Source: an uncultured bacterium
GTDB taxonomy: Bacteria; Desulfobacterota; Deferrimicrobia; Deferrimicrobiales; Deferrimicrobiaceae
DNA: 64,000 bases
Assembly: GCA_963741515.1 (NCBI GenBank)
Contig: CAVUIA010000009.1
Location: 32,287-96,286 of the forward strand
Reading direction: 5' to 3'
The translations under genes were made by a program, and so were the position numbers. Positions 48,919 to 60,739 of the stretch are shown here, piece by piece. Under the pieces are notes generated by a model that saw only the letters and a program-made list of their open reading frames with translations, was not told where the DNA came from and did no database searches. Within the stretch, counting starts at the first letter, position 1. Each line of letters starts with the position of its first letter.

Positions 48919-50530
48919 GTGACCGACCCCCGTTCATCCGAGAAAGCGGAGATCGCGGCCATCCACGAGGTGGCCAAGATCCTCACCTCGACGCAGAACC
49001 TGGAGCGTGCGCTCGGCATCGCCCTGCGCACGCTCCAGACCTTCCTGGGTTTCGACCGCGCCGCCATCTTCCGCCCCGACGAGACGACCCGCGAGATCCG
49101 CATGACGGTGGCGGCCGGGTATACGGCGGAGCAGCGGGACCGCGCGCGGTACGTCTGGGGCGAGGGGATCGTCGGGAAGACGATGAAGACGGGCAGCCCG
49201 ATCGCCCTCCCGGACGTCCGGAAGGAGCCCACGTTCCTCGACAAGTCCCGGGCCCACGGCAAATCGCAAGGCCCCCCGCTTTCCTACATCTCCGTCCCCA
49301 TCCGCATCGGCTCGGAAACGCTGGGAGTGATCGCCGCCGAGCGGAGCGGCCCCGCGGGCTCCCGGACGCTGGAAAGCGACGCGCGCACGCTGACCGTGGT
49401 CGGCTGCCTCATCGGGCAGTCGTTGAAGCTCCACAAGGCGATCGAGCGGCTCCAGGACGAGTTCCGGCGCCAGCGGCAGGAGTTCGAGAAGACGATCCGC
49501 AAGACGTACCGGATCGAGAGCATCATCGGCCAGAGCAAGCGGATGCAGGAGGTCTTCGCCGCGGTGACCAGCGTCGCCTCCTCCCGCGCCACCGTGCTGC
49601 TGCGGGGAGAGAGCGGGACGGGGAAGGAGATGATCGCCCGCGCGATCCACCAGGGGGGACCGCGGGCCGAGCGGCCGTTCATCGCCGTCAACTGCGCCGC
49701 CCTGCCGGAGACGCTCCTCGAATCCGAGCTGTTCGGCCACAAGCGCGGCGCCTTCACGGGGGCGGTCGACGAGCGCAAGGGGCGCTTCGAGGAGGCCAAC
49801 GGCGGGACGATCTTCCTCGACGAGATCGGCGACATCCCCCCGCCGACGCAGGTGAAGCTGCTGCGGGTGCTGCAGGAGCGCCGGTTCGAGCGGCTCGGCG
49901 AGAACCGGTCCGTCGCGGCGGACGTGCGGATCATCGCCGCCACCAACGCCGACCTCGAGAAGATGGTGGCCGCGGGCACCTTCCGGGAAGACCTCTACTA
50001 CCGGCTGAACGTGATCCCGATCTTCCTGCCGCCGCTGCGGGACCGCCGGGAGGACATCCCCGCGCTGACGGATCATTTCCTCGAGCGGTTCAACCGGGAG
50101 CACGGGAAGAGCGTGGCCTTCTCCCGGGGAGCGCTCGACCTGCTGCTCGAGTACCGGTGGACCGGAAACGTGCGCGAGCTGGAAAACCTCGTGGAGCGCG
50201 CGGTGGTCATGGCGAAGGCGCAGGTGATCCAGGCGCAGGACCTTCCCCGGGGAATCCGGCTGCCCTCCGCCCCCCCGGAGACGCTCCCCTCCCGGCCCGC
50301 AACCGTTCCCCGCGGCGCCGTCCGCCGACGCGGGCCCCTCTTATGCCGCCCCCTCCCCGGGACAGCGCGCCCGCGGCGAGTACCTGAAGGATCTGGAGCG
50401 CGACGAGCTGCGCCGCGCCCTCGAAGGAACGGGATGGGTGATCGCCCGCGCCGCGAAAGTCCTGGGCTGGACGCCCCGCCAGGTCGCGTACAAGATGAAG
50501 AAGTTCGGCCTGTCCTCCCCCTGGAAATAG
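48919..50530 (+). CDS. NifA-like GAF-AAA+-HTH sigma54 activator, frameshift near 50300-50380
   Basis: GAF domain (GEGIVG), GESGTGKE, GAFTGA, GNVRELEN; HTH ARAAKVLGWTPRQVAYK in the shifted frame. Confidence 0.88.
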
Positions 50531-50540
50531 CGCCTGTTTT

Positions 50541-50556
50541 TGTAGATAAATCTACA
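50541..50556. promoter_or_regulatory. NifA-type upstream activator sequence
   Basis: TGT-agataaatct-ACA inside the palindrome ttgtagat-aa-atctacaa. Confidence 0.75.
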
Positions 50557-50667
50557 ATTTTGCTCTAGCCGCCGGTCCCCTCCCGGGAGCACCCTCCCCG
50601 GCGCTCTCGCCGCTTTTCCTTTCTCCCATCGCGCGGTTTCCAGTCCTTCCGGCCGCCGTTCCGCGCA

Positions 50668-50683
50668 TGGCACGGCGGATGCT
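50668..50683 (+). promoter_or_regulatory. Sigma54 -24/-12 promoter
   Basis: TGGCACGgcggATGCT, exact GG-N10-GC spacing. Confidence 0.8.
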
Positions 50684-50730
50684 CCTGTCTCTCCCGACGC
50701 AACCAGTCACCAGCCAAGGGGGAGAAAGCC

Positions 50731-51528
50731 ATGTTGAGCGAAAAGAAAGCCAGGGGATTCCGGAAGGCGGCGGGCGTTTTCATTACGGCGATCGGGCTGT
50801 GCGGGTTCGGCGCGTCCATCGCGGCCGCCACCCCGTCCACCCAGGTCTGGATCCCGTCCACGGACATCCAGCCGTACAGGACGATCCACCTGAACGTCGA
50901 TACCTACCTCCGCGACGGGTCCAACGACGACGGCAGCCGTACGGCGCCCCTCGTGGTCATCGGACCGACCGTCGGGATCCTTCCCTATCAGAAGATCCAG
51001 GCGGAGATCGGCTTCGACTTCATGTCCGGCGGCGGGCCCGCGGACAACCACCCGCTCTACTTCCACGCGAAGCTGGGCACGCCGGAGGATTCCCTGTTCA
51101 AGCTCTCCCCGGCCTTCGCTGTCGGCGGCTACAACTTCGGCACGAAGAACGGCGACGCGCGGCAGGGGGAGCTCGCGACGAACCAGGACGTCTTCTACGG
51201 CCTCGTGGCCAAGACGCTCCCGGTGATCGGCCGCCTCTCCGCCGGGTACTACGTCGGGAACCGGAAGGTCCTGATCGACCAGAACGGCGAATCCGACGAG
51301 AAAGGGCTGCTGCTGTCGTGGGACCGGGTCATGACCGAGGTCTCCGACAAGCTGTGGCTGTCGGTCGATTACCAGGGCGGCGACTCCGCCCTCGGGGCCT
51401 TGAGCTTCGGCGCCTCCTGGGCCTTCGCGAAGAACGTCAGCGTGCTGCTGGGCTACGACATCTACAACGAGGAGCGGACCGGCGGGCAGAACACCGTCAC
51501 CCTGCAGGTCGACATCAACTTCCCGTGA
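50731..51528 (+). CDS. Exported protein, probable outer-membrane beta-barrel
   Basis: Signal peptide, alternating amphipathic strands, C-terminal LQVDINFP. Confidence 0.7.
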   Translation: MLSEKKARGFRKAAGVFITAIGLCGFGASIAAATPSTQVWIPSTDIQPYRTIHLNVDTYLRDGSNDDGSRTAPLVVIGPTVGILPYQKIQAEIGFDFMSGGGPADNHPLYFHAKLGTPEDSLFKLSPAFAVGGYNFGTKNGDARQGELATNQDVFYGLVAKTLPVIGRLSAGYYVGNRKVLIDQNGESDEKGLLLSWDRVMTEVSDKLWLSVDYQGGDSALGALSFGASWAFAKNVSVLLGYDIYNEERTGGQNTVTLQVDINFP

Positions 51529-51594
51529 CAAAGCGCAGCGCGGCCCGCACGGACGGCAACGGGATGACCAACGGACGATAAAAGGAGAAGCGCC

Positions 51595-53058
51595 ATGGAA
51601 AGACACTTTCGGATACGGATGACGTGGATCATGGGGCTGGCGGCGCTCTTCCTCGCGGCCGGCGCGGTCCTGCCCGCCCTCGCGGCGGAAGGGGCGGCGG
51701 CCGCTGGCGACGCGCCCCCGGCCTTCACCAAGGAAATGGCGGACGCCATCGCCAGCCAGAAGATCGCCATGGACACCCTCTGGGTGATGCTCACGGCGTT
51801 CCTCGTCTTCTTCATGAACCTGGGCTTCGCCCTCGTGGAGTCCGGCTTCTGCCGTGCGAAGAACACCGTGAACATCCTCTTCAAGAACTTCGTCGTGTTC
51901 GCGGTGTCCTCCATCGCGTTCCTGTTCCTCGGGTTCGGCCTCATGTTCGGCGACGGCAACCCGATCATGGGCTTGAGCGGGCTGTTCTTCGCGTCGGGCG
52001 TCGACAACAGCCCCGCGATGGGAGACGCCTACAAAGGCGTGTACCACGCCCTCAACTGGACGGGCGTGCCGTTCTGGGCGAAGTTCTTCTTCCAGCTCGT
52101 GTTCGCCGGGACCGCCGCGACGATCGTGTCCGGCGCCGTCGCCGAGCGGATCAAGTTCAAGTCGTTCCTCCTCTTCACGATCTTCCTGGTGGGGGTCATC
52201 TACCCCATCGGCGGGCACCTGATCTGGGGCGGCGGCTGGCTCGCCTCCAAGGGCTTCCTCGACTTCGCCGGGTCGACGGTGGTGCACTCCATCGGCGGCT
52301 GGGCGGCCCTGGCGGGAATCATCGTGCTCGGCCCCCGCATGGGCAAATTCGGCCCGGGCGGCAAGGTGAACGCCATCCCCGGCCACAACATGACCTCGGC
52401 CGCCATCGGCGTGCTCGTCCTCTGGTTCGGCTGGTTCGGGTTCAACCCCGGCTCCACGATGGCCGCGGACGGCCCCTCCATCGCCCACGTGGCCACCACC
52501 ACGAACGTCGCGGCGGCGGCGGCGACCATCAGCTCCATGATCGCGGCCTGGCTGATCCTCGGGAAGCCCGACTTCGGCATGACACTGAACGGCTGCCTCG
52601 CGGGGCTCGTCGCGATCACCGCGCCGTGCGCCTTCGTCAGCGTCGCCAGCTCCCTGGTCATCGGCATCATCGCCGGCGTCCTGGTGGTCCTGGCGGTCTT
52701 CTTCTTCGACCGGATCCGGATCGACGACCCGGTCGGCGCCACCGCCGTCCACCTGGCCAACGGCGTGTTCGGGACCATCGCGCTGGGCCTCTTCGCCGAC
52801 CCCACCGTCTGCCCGGCGGCGGCCGTGGCCAAGAAAGGGCTCCTCATGGGAGGCGGCATGGCGCAGCTCGGGCCGCAGCTCATCGGCGTCGCTCTGATCG
52901 CCGTCTCGGTGTTCGTCCTGTCGCTGGGCTTCTGGTACGTGACCAAGGCGGTCACCGGCGGGATCCGCGTGAGCGAGGAAGAGGAGATCGAGGGGCTGGA
53001 TTACCACGAGCACGGCAACTCGGCCTACCCGAACTTCCAACTCGTGGAACGGAGGTAA
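51595..53058 (+). CDS. amtB: Ammonium transporter
   Basis: FFQLVFA, SGAVAER, DFAGSTVVH, WFGWFGFNPGS, DDPVGATAVH. Confidence 0.96.
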   Translation: MERHFRIRMTWIMGLAALFLAAGAVLPALAAEGAAAAGDAPPAFTKEMADAIASQKIAMDTLWVMLTAFLVFFMNLGFALVESGFCRAKNTVNILFKNFVVFAVSSIAFLFLGFGLMFGDGNPIMGLSGLFFASGVDNSPAMGDAYKGVYHALNWTGVPFWAKFFFQLVFAGTAATIVSGAVAERIKFKSFLLFTIFLVGVIYPIGGHLIWGGGWLASKGFLDFAGSTVVHSIGGWAALAGIIVLGPRMGKFGPGGKVNAIPGHNMTSAAIGVLVLWFGWFGFNPGSTMAADGPSIAHVATTTNVAAAAATISSMIAAWLILGKPDFGMTLNGCLAGLVAITAPCAFVSVASSLVIGIIAGVLVVLAVFFFDRIRIDDPVGATAVHLANGVFGTIALGLFADPTVCPAAAVAKKGLLMGGGMAQLGPQLIGVALIAVSVFVLSLGFWYVTKAVTGGIRVSEEEEIEGLDYHEHGNSAYPNFQLVERR

Positions 53059-53403
<345 letters not shown>

Positions 53404-53505
53404 CGCGGCTTCTTCCGGGGGTTTGCGGGATGCGATACCCTCCCGCCCCGCATCCCCCCGGAAGGATGCCGTCCCGGCTTTTCCCTGTTGCCGTATACTA
53501 CGGGG

Positions 53506-54279
53506 ATGGATCCGAAGGGGCCCGTCTCCGTTTCCCTTTTCTTCACCTGCACGGCCGACGCGTTCGCCCCCGGCGTGTGCTTCGCGGCGACGGAGGTGCT
53601 CGAGCGGTTCGGCGCCAGGGTCAACGCGCCGATGTCCCAGACCTGCTGCGGCCAGCCGGCGTTCCACACCGGGAACCGGAAAGAGGCCCGGACCCTGGCC
53701 CGGAAGCTCCTCCGGTCCTTCCCCGACGACGGGTACATCGTCACCCCGTCCGGCGCCTGCGCGACGATGGTCCAGGACGGCTTCCCCGTCCTCTTCCGCG
53801 ACGAACCGCGGACGCTGGCGCTCGCCCGCTCCTTCGCGGAGCGCACCTACGAGCTTTCCCGCTTCCTGGTCGACGTCCTCGGGGTGACCGACCCGAAATC
53901 CCCCTTCGCCGGCAAGGCGACGTACCACGATTCGTGCCGCCTGCCGAAGGGGACGGGGGCGGGGGCGGCCGATCCGCCCCGGACGCTGCTGCGCGCCATC
54001 CCCGGGCTGCGGCTCGTCGAAATGGAGGCGGCGGACCGGTGCTGCGGCTTCGGCGGCGTCTTCTCCGTCCGCCACCCGCAGATCTCCTGCGCGATGACGG
54101 AGCGGAAGATCGACCGGATCCTGGCCACCGGCGCCGAATACGTCATCTCGGCGGACACGGGATGCCTTCTGAACATCGGGGGGATGATCTCCCGGTACGG
54201 GTACCCGGTGAAGACGCTCCACCTGGCCGAGGTCCTGGCGGGCGGACCCCGGGACGCCGAGGATGAGGAGGAACCCTGA
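53506..54279 (+). CDS. lutA: LutA/LldE-like CCG-domain Fe-S protein
   Basis: QTCCGQPA, PSGAC, YHDSC, CCGFGG, GCLLNI. Confidence 0.85.
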   Translation: MDPKGPVSVSLFFTCTADAFAPGVCFAATEVLERFGARVNAPMSQTCCGQPAFHTGNRKEARTLARKLLRSFPDDGYIVTPSGACATMVQDGFPVLFRDEPRTLALARSFAERTYELSRFLVDVLGVTDPKSPFAGKATYHDSCRLPKGTGAGAADPPRTLLRAIPGLRLVEMEAADRCCGFGGVFSVRHPQISCAMTERKIDRILATGAEYVISADTGCLLNIGGMISRYGYPVKTLHLAEVLAGGPRDAEDEEEP

Positions 54280-55693
54280 TGGAGCCCGACTCCCTGGCGT
54301 TCGCGCGGAACGCGCAGAGGGCCCTCTCCGACAAGGCGCTGCAGGCGGCCCTCGCGAACGCGATCGGCCGTTCCGCCGCGCGCCGCGCCGCCGCCGTCGC
54401 CTCCTTTCCCGGGTTCGAGGCGACCCGGGAGCGGGCCTCCGGGATCCGGCGCGAGACCCTCGCGCATCTCGACGCGCACCTCGCGCGGTTCATCGACGAG
54501 GCGGAAAAGCGGGGCGCCGTCGTCCACGTGGCGAGGGACGCCGCGCAGGCGCGCGGGATCGCCGTCGGAATCGCGAAGGCCGAGGGGATCGCCCTGGCCG
54601 TCCGGTCGAAGTCCACGGCCGCGGAGGAGATCTCCCTCCACGACGCCCTGCGGGAGGCGGGGGTCGAGGTGGCGGAAACGGACCTGGGAAGTTACGTCGC
54701 CCGCCTCGCCGGGGAGCCGCCGTCCCACATCCTGTCCTCCGCCTTCCACATGACGCGGGAAGGGATCTCCCGCGTCTTCGAACGAAAACTCGGCGAGCCC
54801 GCGTCCGACGACGTCCAGGAGCTGGCGGCGGTCGCGCGGAAGCGCCTCGAAGGACAGCTTTCCCTTCCGCCGGGATGGGCGTGTCCGGGGCGAACTTCCT
54901 GGTCGCCGACACGGGATCGGTCGTCCTGGTCTCGAACGACGGGAACGCCCGGGCGGGTGCGCTGCTGCCGCGCGTCCACCTGGCCGTGGCGGGGATCGAA
55001 AAGGTCGTCCCGCGGATGGCCGACCTGCCGGTCTTCCTGCGGCTGCTGTCGCGCAGCGCCACGGGGCAGACCCTCCCCTCGTACGTGTCCGTCCTCACCG
55101 GTCCCCGGAGGGAGGGCGACGCGGAAGGGCCGGAGCGGCTGCACATCCTGCTGATCGACTGCGGACGGAGCGCCATCCTCGAAGGGAAGTACCGCGACGC
55201 GCTCAAGTGCATCCGGTGCGGCGCCTGCCTCGACGCCTGCCCCGTGTACGGCTGCGTGGGCGGCCGCCCTTACGGGTGGGTGTACCCCGGCCCCATCGGC
55301 TCGGTCCTGACGCCTCTCCTGGCCGGCCTGGCCGATTCCGCTCCCTTGCCCGGCGCAAGCACGCTCTGCGGCGCGTGCGAGGACGCGTGCCCGGTGAAGG
55401 TCCCGCTGCCCGCCTTCCTGCTGGAGCTCCGGGCGGACACGAGGGACCAGGGGTTGAAGACCCCCGGCGAGATCGCGGCGGCCAAGGGGTACGCGTCGAT
55501 CATGAAGCGGGCGGGCATCCTCGAAGCGCTGGAGCGGCTCGTCGGGGAGCTCTCCCGTCTCATCAGCAAGGGAAATCCCATGAGCGGGATGCCGTATCCT
55601 TTCGCCGGCTGGACGGAACGACGCGACTTCCCCGCCGTCGCGAGGCGGCCGTTCCGGAAGATGTGGAAGATCCGCAGGGGGACGCGCGAATGA
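54279..55693 (+). CDS. lutB: LutB/LldF-like Fe-S protein, frameshifted near 54860
   Basis: KS..EE, ETDLG, SGANF, RSATGQ, CIRCGACLDACPVY, CGACEDACPV. Confidence 0.88.
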
Positions 55694-56341
55694 CGACCGG
55701 CGACGAACGGACACCTCCTGTTCCTCCGCCTGCGGGCCGCCGCGGAGCGAAGCCCCTGCGCCCCGGCGCCGCCGGCCGGCGAAGACCTCGCCGTTCCCGC
55801 CGGAGGGGAGGACCGGATCGCCCGTTTCGGCGACGCGTTCGCCGCGGCCGGCGGCCTGCTGTTTCCCGGACCGGCGGAATCGGTGCTGCACGACCTGGGA
55901 GAGGTTCTGCGCGAGGCCGGCGTGACCGTCCTCTTCTCCCCGGAAGGGGACGCGGACGCCCGCGGGGTCGCGGAAGCGCTGGCGCCCTTCGGCCCGTTCA
56001 CGCTGGCGTCGTGCGCCGGGGCCCGGGAAGGCGACGTCGCGGCGGCGACCACCGCGGGCTTCCGGACGGCGGAGGCGGGGATCGCGGAGACGGGGACCGT
56101 GATCGAGACCAGCGCCGAGGGGAGGACCCATCTGCCGGGGCTGCTCTCCGACGTGCACGTCTCCCTGCTGAAAACCTCTGCCGTGTTCGAAAGCCTGGAG
56201 GATGCGCTGGCGCGCTTCGGCGCCGACCCGCCGCGGAACGTCACCTTCTGCTCGGGCCCCGCCCGGACCGCCGACATCGAGCAGACCTTCACGACGGGCG
56301 TCTACGGGCCGAAGAAAGCGATCGTGCTGCTCCTGGATTGA
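55690..56341 (+). CDS. lutC: LutC/LUD-domain protein, frameshifted near the 5' end
   Basis: AETGT, SGPARTADIE, GVYGP. Confidence 0.82.
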
Positions 56342-56362
56342 GCGGCTTTTAACCGGCATTTC

Positions 56363-57295
56363 TCACCAGCCCATGTATCGGAGGAGGAACAGCCACCCGG
56401 TGATCGTCACCGCGGAGGCGGCGGTGGAAGTGATGACGATGGTCCCCGCCAGGTCCGTGTCCCCCGACAGCTGGGACGCCATCACGTAGGTGACCACCGC
56501 CGTGGGGCAGCCGAGCATGATCATCCCGACCTGCAGGTCCTGTCCCGACACTCCCATCCACCGGAAGAACGCCAGCCCCAGCGCATTCAGGACCACGAGC
56601 TTCAGGAAAGCGGCGAGGGAAGCGGGCGCGAACCCCTTGCGCGCCCTGTCGATGGAGAAGGAGCCGCCGAGGCACAGGAGCGACAGCGGGAGCGTCGCGG
56701 GGGACAGCAGCTGCAGCGTCCGCCGCGCGATGGTGGGGACCGGCAGCTTGAGCAGGCTCCAGGCGATGCCGAACATGCAGGCGAGGATGGCCGGGTTGGT
56801 CACCAATTGGCGCACGATCCGGCGCGCCATGTCGAATCCCTTCCCCTTCTCCATGCCGTGGGGGATAATCAGCGCCATGACGGAGAGCGCGTTCAGGAAA
56901 GGCACGCCGAAACCGAGGAAGATCCCCGCCTTGCTGAGCCCGCTCTGCCCCAGCACGTTGAAGACGATCGGCAGCCCCACATAGGCGAAGTTCGCGCGGA
57001 TCGTCCCCTGGAGGAAGGACCCGCGCTCGGAAGGGCCCAGGTTCCGGGACAGGGCGAAGGCGATCGCGAGGGTCACCAGGATGGCGGCGTACCCCCCGAC
57101 CACCAGCGGCCCGCTGAACGCCTCGCGGAACTCGGTGGCGCTGATCTCGTGGAACAGCAGGGAGGGGAGGAGGATGTAGTACACGAGGGAGTTCGCGGAA
57201 TCGATGAAACTCTCTTTCAGGAAGCCGTACCGCCGCAGGGCCGCGCCGAGCCCGATCAGCAGGAATACGGGAATGACGGAAAGCAGGATATCCAC
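56363..57295 (-). CDS. AEC family transporter
   Basis: About 10 TM helices, PSLLF, NFAYVGLP, NPAI, PTAV. Confidence 0.85.
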   Translation of the reverse strand: MDILLSVIPVFLLIGLGAALRRYGFLKESFIDSANSLVYYILLPSLLFHEISATEFREAFSGPLVVGGYAAILVTLAIAFALSRNLGPSERGSFLQGTIRANFAYVGLPIVFNVLGQSGLSKAGIFLGFGVPFLNALSVMALIIPHGMEKGKGFDMARRIVRQLVTNPAILACMFGIAWSLLKLPVPTIARRTLQLLSPATLPLSLLCLGGSFSIDRARKGFAPASLAAFLKLVVLNALGLAFFRWMGVSGQDLQVGMIMLGCPTAVVTYVMASQLSGDTDLAGTIVITSTAASAVTITGWLFLLRYMGW

Positions 57296-57316
57296 GGACG
57301 GCCCCTCTCCAAGGCG

Positions 57317-57352
57317 AAAACGGGCGGCCCCTTCCCTTTCCGGGGCCGCCCG
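57317..57352 (-). terminator. Intrinsic terminator
   Basis: Minus strand cgggcggcccc..ggggccgcccg followed by tttt. Confidence 0.6.
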
Positions 57353-57412
57353 CGCGTTACCGAACGCCCCCGGACCGGGCGGCGGGGCCGCCGGCGGCCG
57401 GTCGGGCGACGA

Positions 57413-57771
57413 TCACTTCTTCCCGTGCGCCGCTACGAGGAAATCGAGGATCTTCCTGGCCTCGGCGTCGGAGATCCAGCCGGCCTTCTTCTCCTGCATT
57501 TCCTTCACGATCCCGGCCCAGTTCTCCCTCGTCTCCTTGCGGTCCGCCGCGCGCGCGAGGTCGTGGCACACGCCGCACTTCTGCTCGAAGAGGACCTTCC
57601 CCTCCGCAACCGACGCGTCCGCCGCGGGGGCGGGCGCGGCGCCGCCGGGGAAGCCGCCGTCCCGGAGGACGTCGCGCTTTCAGGCCTGGGCGCCTCGGCC
57701 TTCGAACAGCCGAGCGCCGGAAGGAGCATCACGAGGGCGAGGGCAAGGAACACCATCGAGCGGTCTCGCAT
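57413..57771 (-). CDS. Small lipoprotein cytochrome c, frameshifted near 57630
   Basis: Lipobox ALGC; FEQKCGVCH..W..IVKEM..ISDAEA in the shifted frame. Confidence 0.7.
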
Positions 57772-57891
57772 CGCCTGCTTCCTCCCGTTGTGATGAATGC
57801 CCATCTTACTCCGCGCCCCGGGTCGGCTCAATCATTTCCTGTTGATCCGCAAACGGGTAGTATCTGTTGAGGTCGTTTCGGGAGGCTCGTG

Positions 57892-58638
57892 ATGGTTCGC
57901 TTCGAAAACATCGGGGTGGTCCGGCGGAACCCGGAGGGGAAGGACGTGGCGGTCCTCGACGGGATCTCCTTCGAGGCCCGGCAGGGAGAGGCCACCGTCA
58001 TCGTCGGCCCGTCGGGCGGCGGCAAAAGCTCCCTGATCCGGCTGATCAACCGGCTCGAGGACCCTTCGTCCGGCCGCATCCTCCTCGGCGGGGAGGACGT
58101 CTCGAAGATCGACCCGCTCGCCCTCCGCCGGAGGGTCGGGATGGTGCAGCAAAAAGCCTTCATGTTCGAGGGGACGGTCCTCCACAACCTGCAGCGCCCC
58201 TTTCTCTACCGCAGCGCGCCGCTCCCGCAGGCCGGAAGCGAGGAGGTCGTCCGCGCCCTGGCCTTGAGCCGCCTCCCCGCGGAACTGCTGGAACGGGACG
58301 CCCGGACCCTCTCGGGCGGCGAACAGCAGCGGGTCAGCCTGGCCCGGGTCCTGATCGGCCGGCCGGAAGTTCTGCTGCTCGACGAACCGACCAGCGCCCT
58401 GGACCGCCCCACCTCCGACCGCCTGGCGTCGACCTTCCACGACATCTGCCGCTCCGAACAGCTGGCCGTCGTCATGGTGACGCACGACCTTCGGCTGTCC
58501 GAACGGGTCGCCGACCGCCTCATCTACCTGGAAGGGGGAAAGATCCTGGAGGAAGGGCCGGGGCCGTCGATGATGGAGCGGCCGCGCACCGGGGAGTTCA
58601 AGCGTTTCCTGGAGGGAACGGAAAAGGAAGAGGAGTGA
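57892..58638 (+). CDS. ABC ATPase (FetA-like)
   Basis: GPSGGGKS, LSGGEQQR, DEPTSALD; next to a UPF0014 permease. Confidence 0.85.
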   Translation: MVRFENIGVVRRNPEGKDVAVLDGISFEARQGEATVIVGPSGGGKSSLIRLINRLEDPSSGRILLGGEDVSKIDPLALRRRVGMVQQKAFMFEGTVLHNLQRPFLYRSAPLPQAGSEEVVRALALSRLPAELLERDARTLSGGEQQRVSLARVLIGRPEVLLLDEPTSALDRPTSDRLASTFHDICRSEQLAVVMVTHDLRLSERVADRLIYLEGGKILEEGPGPSMMERPRTGEFKRFLEGTEKEEE

Positions 58639-58643
58639 TCCCC

Positions 58644-59441
58644 GTGGAAAAACAGGACATCGTCCCCCTGGAGCTGATCCACCTCGCCTACGCTTACGGC
58701 CTGATCCTGCTCACGGTGGCGCTCTCCCGCCTGCGGGGGATCGGGCAGGGAAAGCAGCTGCTCTGGGCCTCGCTCCGCATGGTGTTCCAGCTGCTCGCGG
58801 TCGGGTACCTGCTGCACCTGGTCTTCGCCGTCCGCTCCCCGCTCCTGGTGCTGCTCATCCTGCTGACCATGGCCGGATTCTCGCTGCAGGTCATGGGGGC
58901 GCGCATCAAGAGGAAGATGCCCCACTTCTACCGCGTGGCGGGAAGCTCCATCCTCATCGGGTGCGCCGGCATCACCTTCTATTTCTGCTCCCTGGTCGTC
59001 GAATACACCCCGTGGTACGACCCGCGCTACCTGATCCCGCTGGCGGGGATGATCATCGGCAATTCCATGAACGGCGCCAGCCTGGCCGCGGAGCGGCTCT
59101 CCGCCGAGATGCACGACCGTCGCGAGGAGATCGAGAGCGCCATCTGCCTGGGGGCCACCGGAAGGCAGGCGGCCGACCCGGCGTTACGGACCGCCTACCG
59201 CGCCTCCCTGATCCCGACCATGAACACGATGGCCGCCACCGGCATCGTCGCCCTGCCCGGCATGATGACCGGCCAGATCCTCTCCGGCACGGAGCCGATG
59301 ATCGCGGTGCGCTACCAGATCGCCATCATGTGCGCCATCACCGGCGCCGTGGCGATCACGTCCTTCCTTCTCCTGCTCCAGGGATACCGCTACTACTTCA
59401 CCGCGGCCCACCAGCTGAAGGAGACCGGCGGTTTCAGATAA
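58644..59441 (+). CDS. fetB: FetB/UPF0014 ABC permease
   Basis: QLLAVGY, PRYLIPLAGMIIGNSM, GIVALPGMMTGQILSG, AVRYQI. Confidence 0.85.
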   Translation: MEKQDIVPLELIHLAYAYGLILLTVALSRLRGIGQGKQLLWASLRMVFQLLAVGYLLHLVFAVRSPLLVLLILLTMAGFSLQVMGARIKRKMPHFYRVAGSSILIGCAGITFYFCSLVVEYTPWYDPRYLIPLAGMIIGNSMNGASLAAERLSAEMHDRREEIESAICLGATGRQAADPALRTAYRASLIPTMNTMAATGIVALPGMMTGQILSGTEPMIAVRYQIAIMCAITGAVAITSFLLLLQGYRYYFTAAHQLKETGGFR

Positions 59442-59480
59442 GCGGCCGGCGGTTTCGGTGAGCCGCCGGATTCCTGTATA

Positions 59481-59687
59481 ATGGCCCGCATGATCCGCGT
59501 GCGCCTTCCCCAGAAGAAAAAGGAGCTGGAGGTCCCCGGGCCTCGCCGCGTGATGGACATCCTCGCCGACGCGGGGGTGCGCCCCGCCACCGTGATCGTC
59601 ACGCAGGGGAAGAAGCTCCTCACCAAGGACCAACGCGTGGAGGACGGGGAGACGGTCGACGTCATCTCCGTCGTCTCCGGGGGCTGA
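59481..59687 (+). CDS. Ubiquitin-like sulfur carrier (ThiS/TtuB-like)
   Basis: 68 aa ending VSGG; directly upstream of ttuA. Confidence 0.85.
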   Translation: MARMIRVRLPQKKKELEVPGPRRVMDILADAGVRPATVIVTQGKKLLTKDQRVEDGETVDVISVVSGG

Positions 59688-59694
59688 TCCGTCC

Positions 59695-60739
59695 ATGAAG
59701 TGCAAGCGCTGCCGGAAGGCCGCGGCCGCGATCGAGCTGCCGAGCCACCACTCCGCCTTCTGCCCCGAATGCTTCTTCCTCTTCTTCAAGCGGCAGGTCC
59801 GGGAAGGGATCCGGAAGTACCGCCTCCTTTCGCCCCGGGACCGGGTGCTGGTGTGCGTCTCCGGCGGCAAGGACAGCCTCGTGCTCTGGGACGTCCTCAT
59901 GGAGATGGGGTACGAGACGGAAGGGCTCTACATCGACCTCGGGATCGAGGGGTACTCGGACCGCTCCCGGGAGAAGGTGCTCGACTTCGCGCGGGAGAAG
60001 GGGAAGCGGCCGATCGTCATCGAGCTCGCGAAGGAGGGGATCCCGATCCCGGAGGCGGCGCGATGCATACGGATGCAGGAATGCGCCATCTGCGGGACCG
60101 TGAAGCGGTACTTCTTCAACCGGGTCGCGGCGGAAGGGAAGTTCGACGTCGTGGCGACCGGCCACAACCTGGATGACGAGTGCGCGCGCCTGCTGGGGAA
60201 CCTCCTCCACTGGCAGCGGGACCACCTGTCCCGTCAGCACCCGTTCCTTCCGGAAGCGGGCGAGGGGCTGGTGAGGAAGGTGAAGCCGCTGTGGCGGGTG
60301 TCCGAGCTCGAGACGGCGGCGTACGGGTTCCTCAAGGGGATCGACTACGTGACCGAGGAGTGCCCGATGAGCGTGCACGCGACCTCCCTGGTATACAAGG
60401 AGGCGCTGTCGCTGATCGAGGAGAGCATGCCCGGGTCGCGGATCGTCTTCTACCAGGGCTTCCTCGATGACACGAACCCGCTGCGGCGGGAGGCGGGAGG
60501 CGAGGCGGCGGGCGCCTCGCCCGGGCGGAACTGCGTCGGGGACCGCGGACACGCCGCTTTTGCCGGGCGCGCCGGGTCCGGTGCCGCGTTCCGGGGGCGA
60601 AGAGGCGGCGGGCGATGGAACGCCCAAGCCCTGCGCGGCGTGCGGCGCTCCCACGTACGCCGAGACATGCTCTTACTGCCGGCTGAAGGAACTCGTCCGG
60701 AAGCGGCGGGAGGAACGCGCCAAGGAGGCAACCGGATGA
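59695..60739 (+). CDS. ttuA: TtuA/Ncs6-family tRNA thiolase, frameshifted in the linker near 60530-60600
   Basis: N-terminal Zn finger, SGGKDS PP-loop, CAIC, TGHNLDD, ECP; C-terminal CAAC..CSYC in the shifted frame. Confidence 0.8.
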
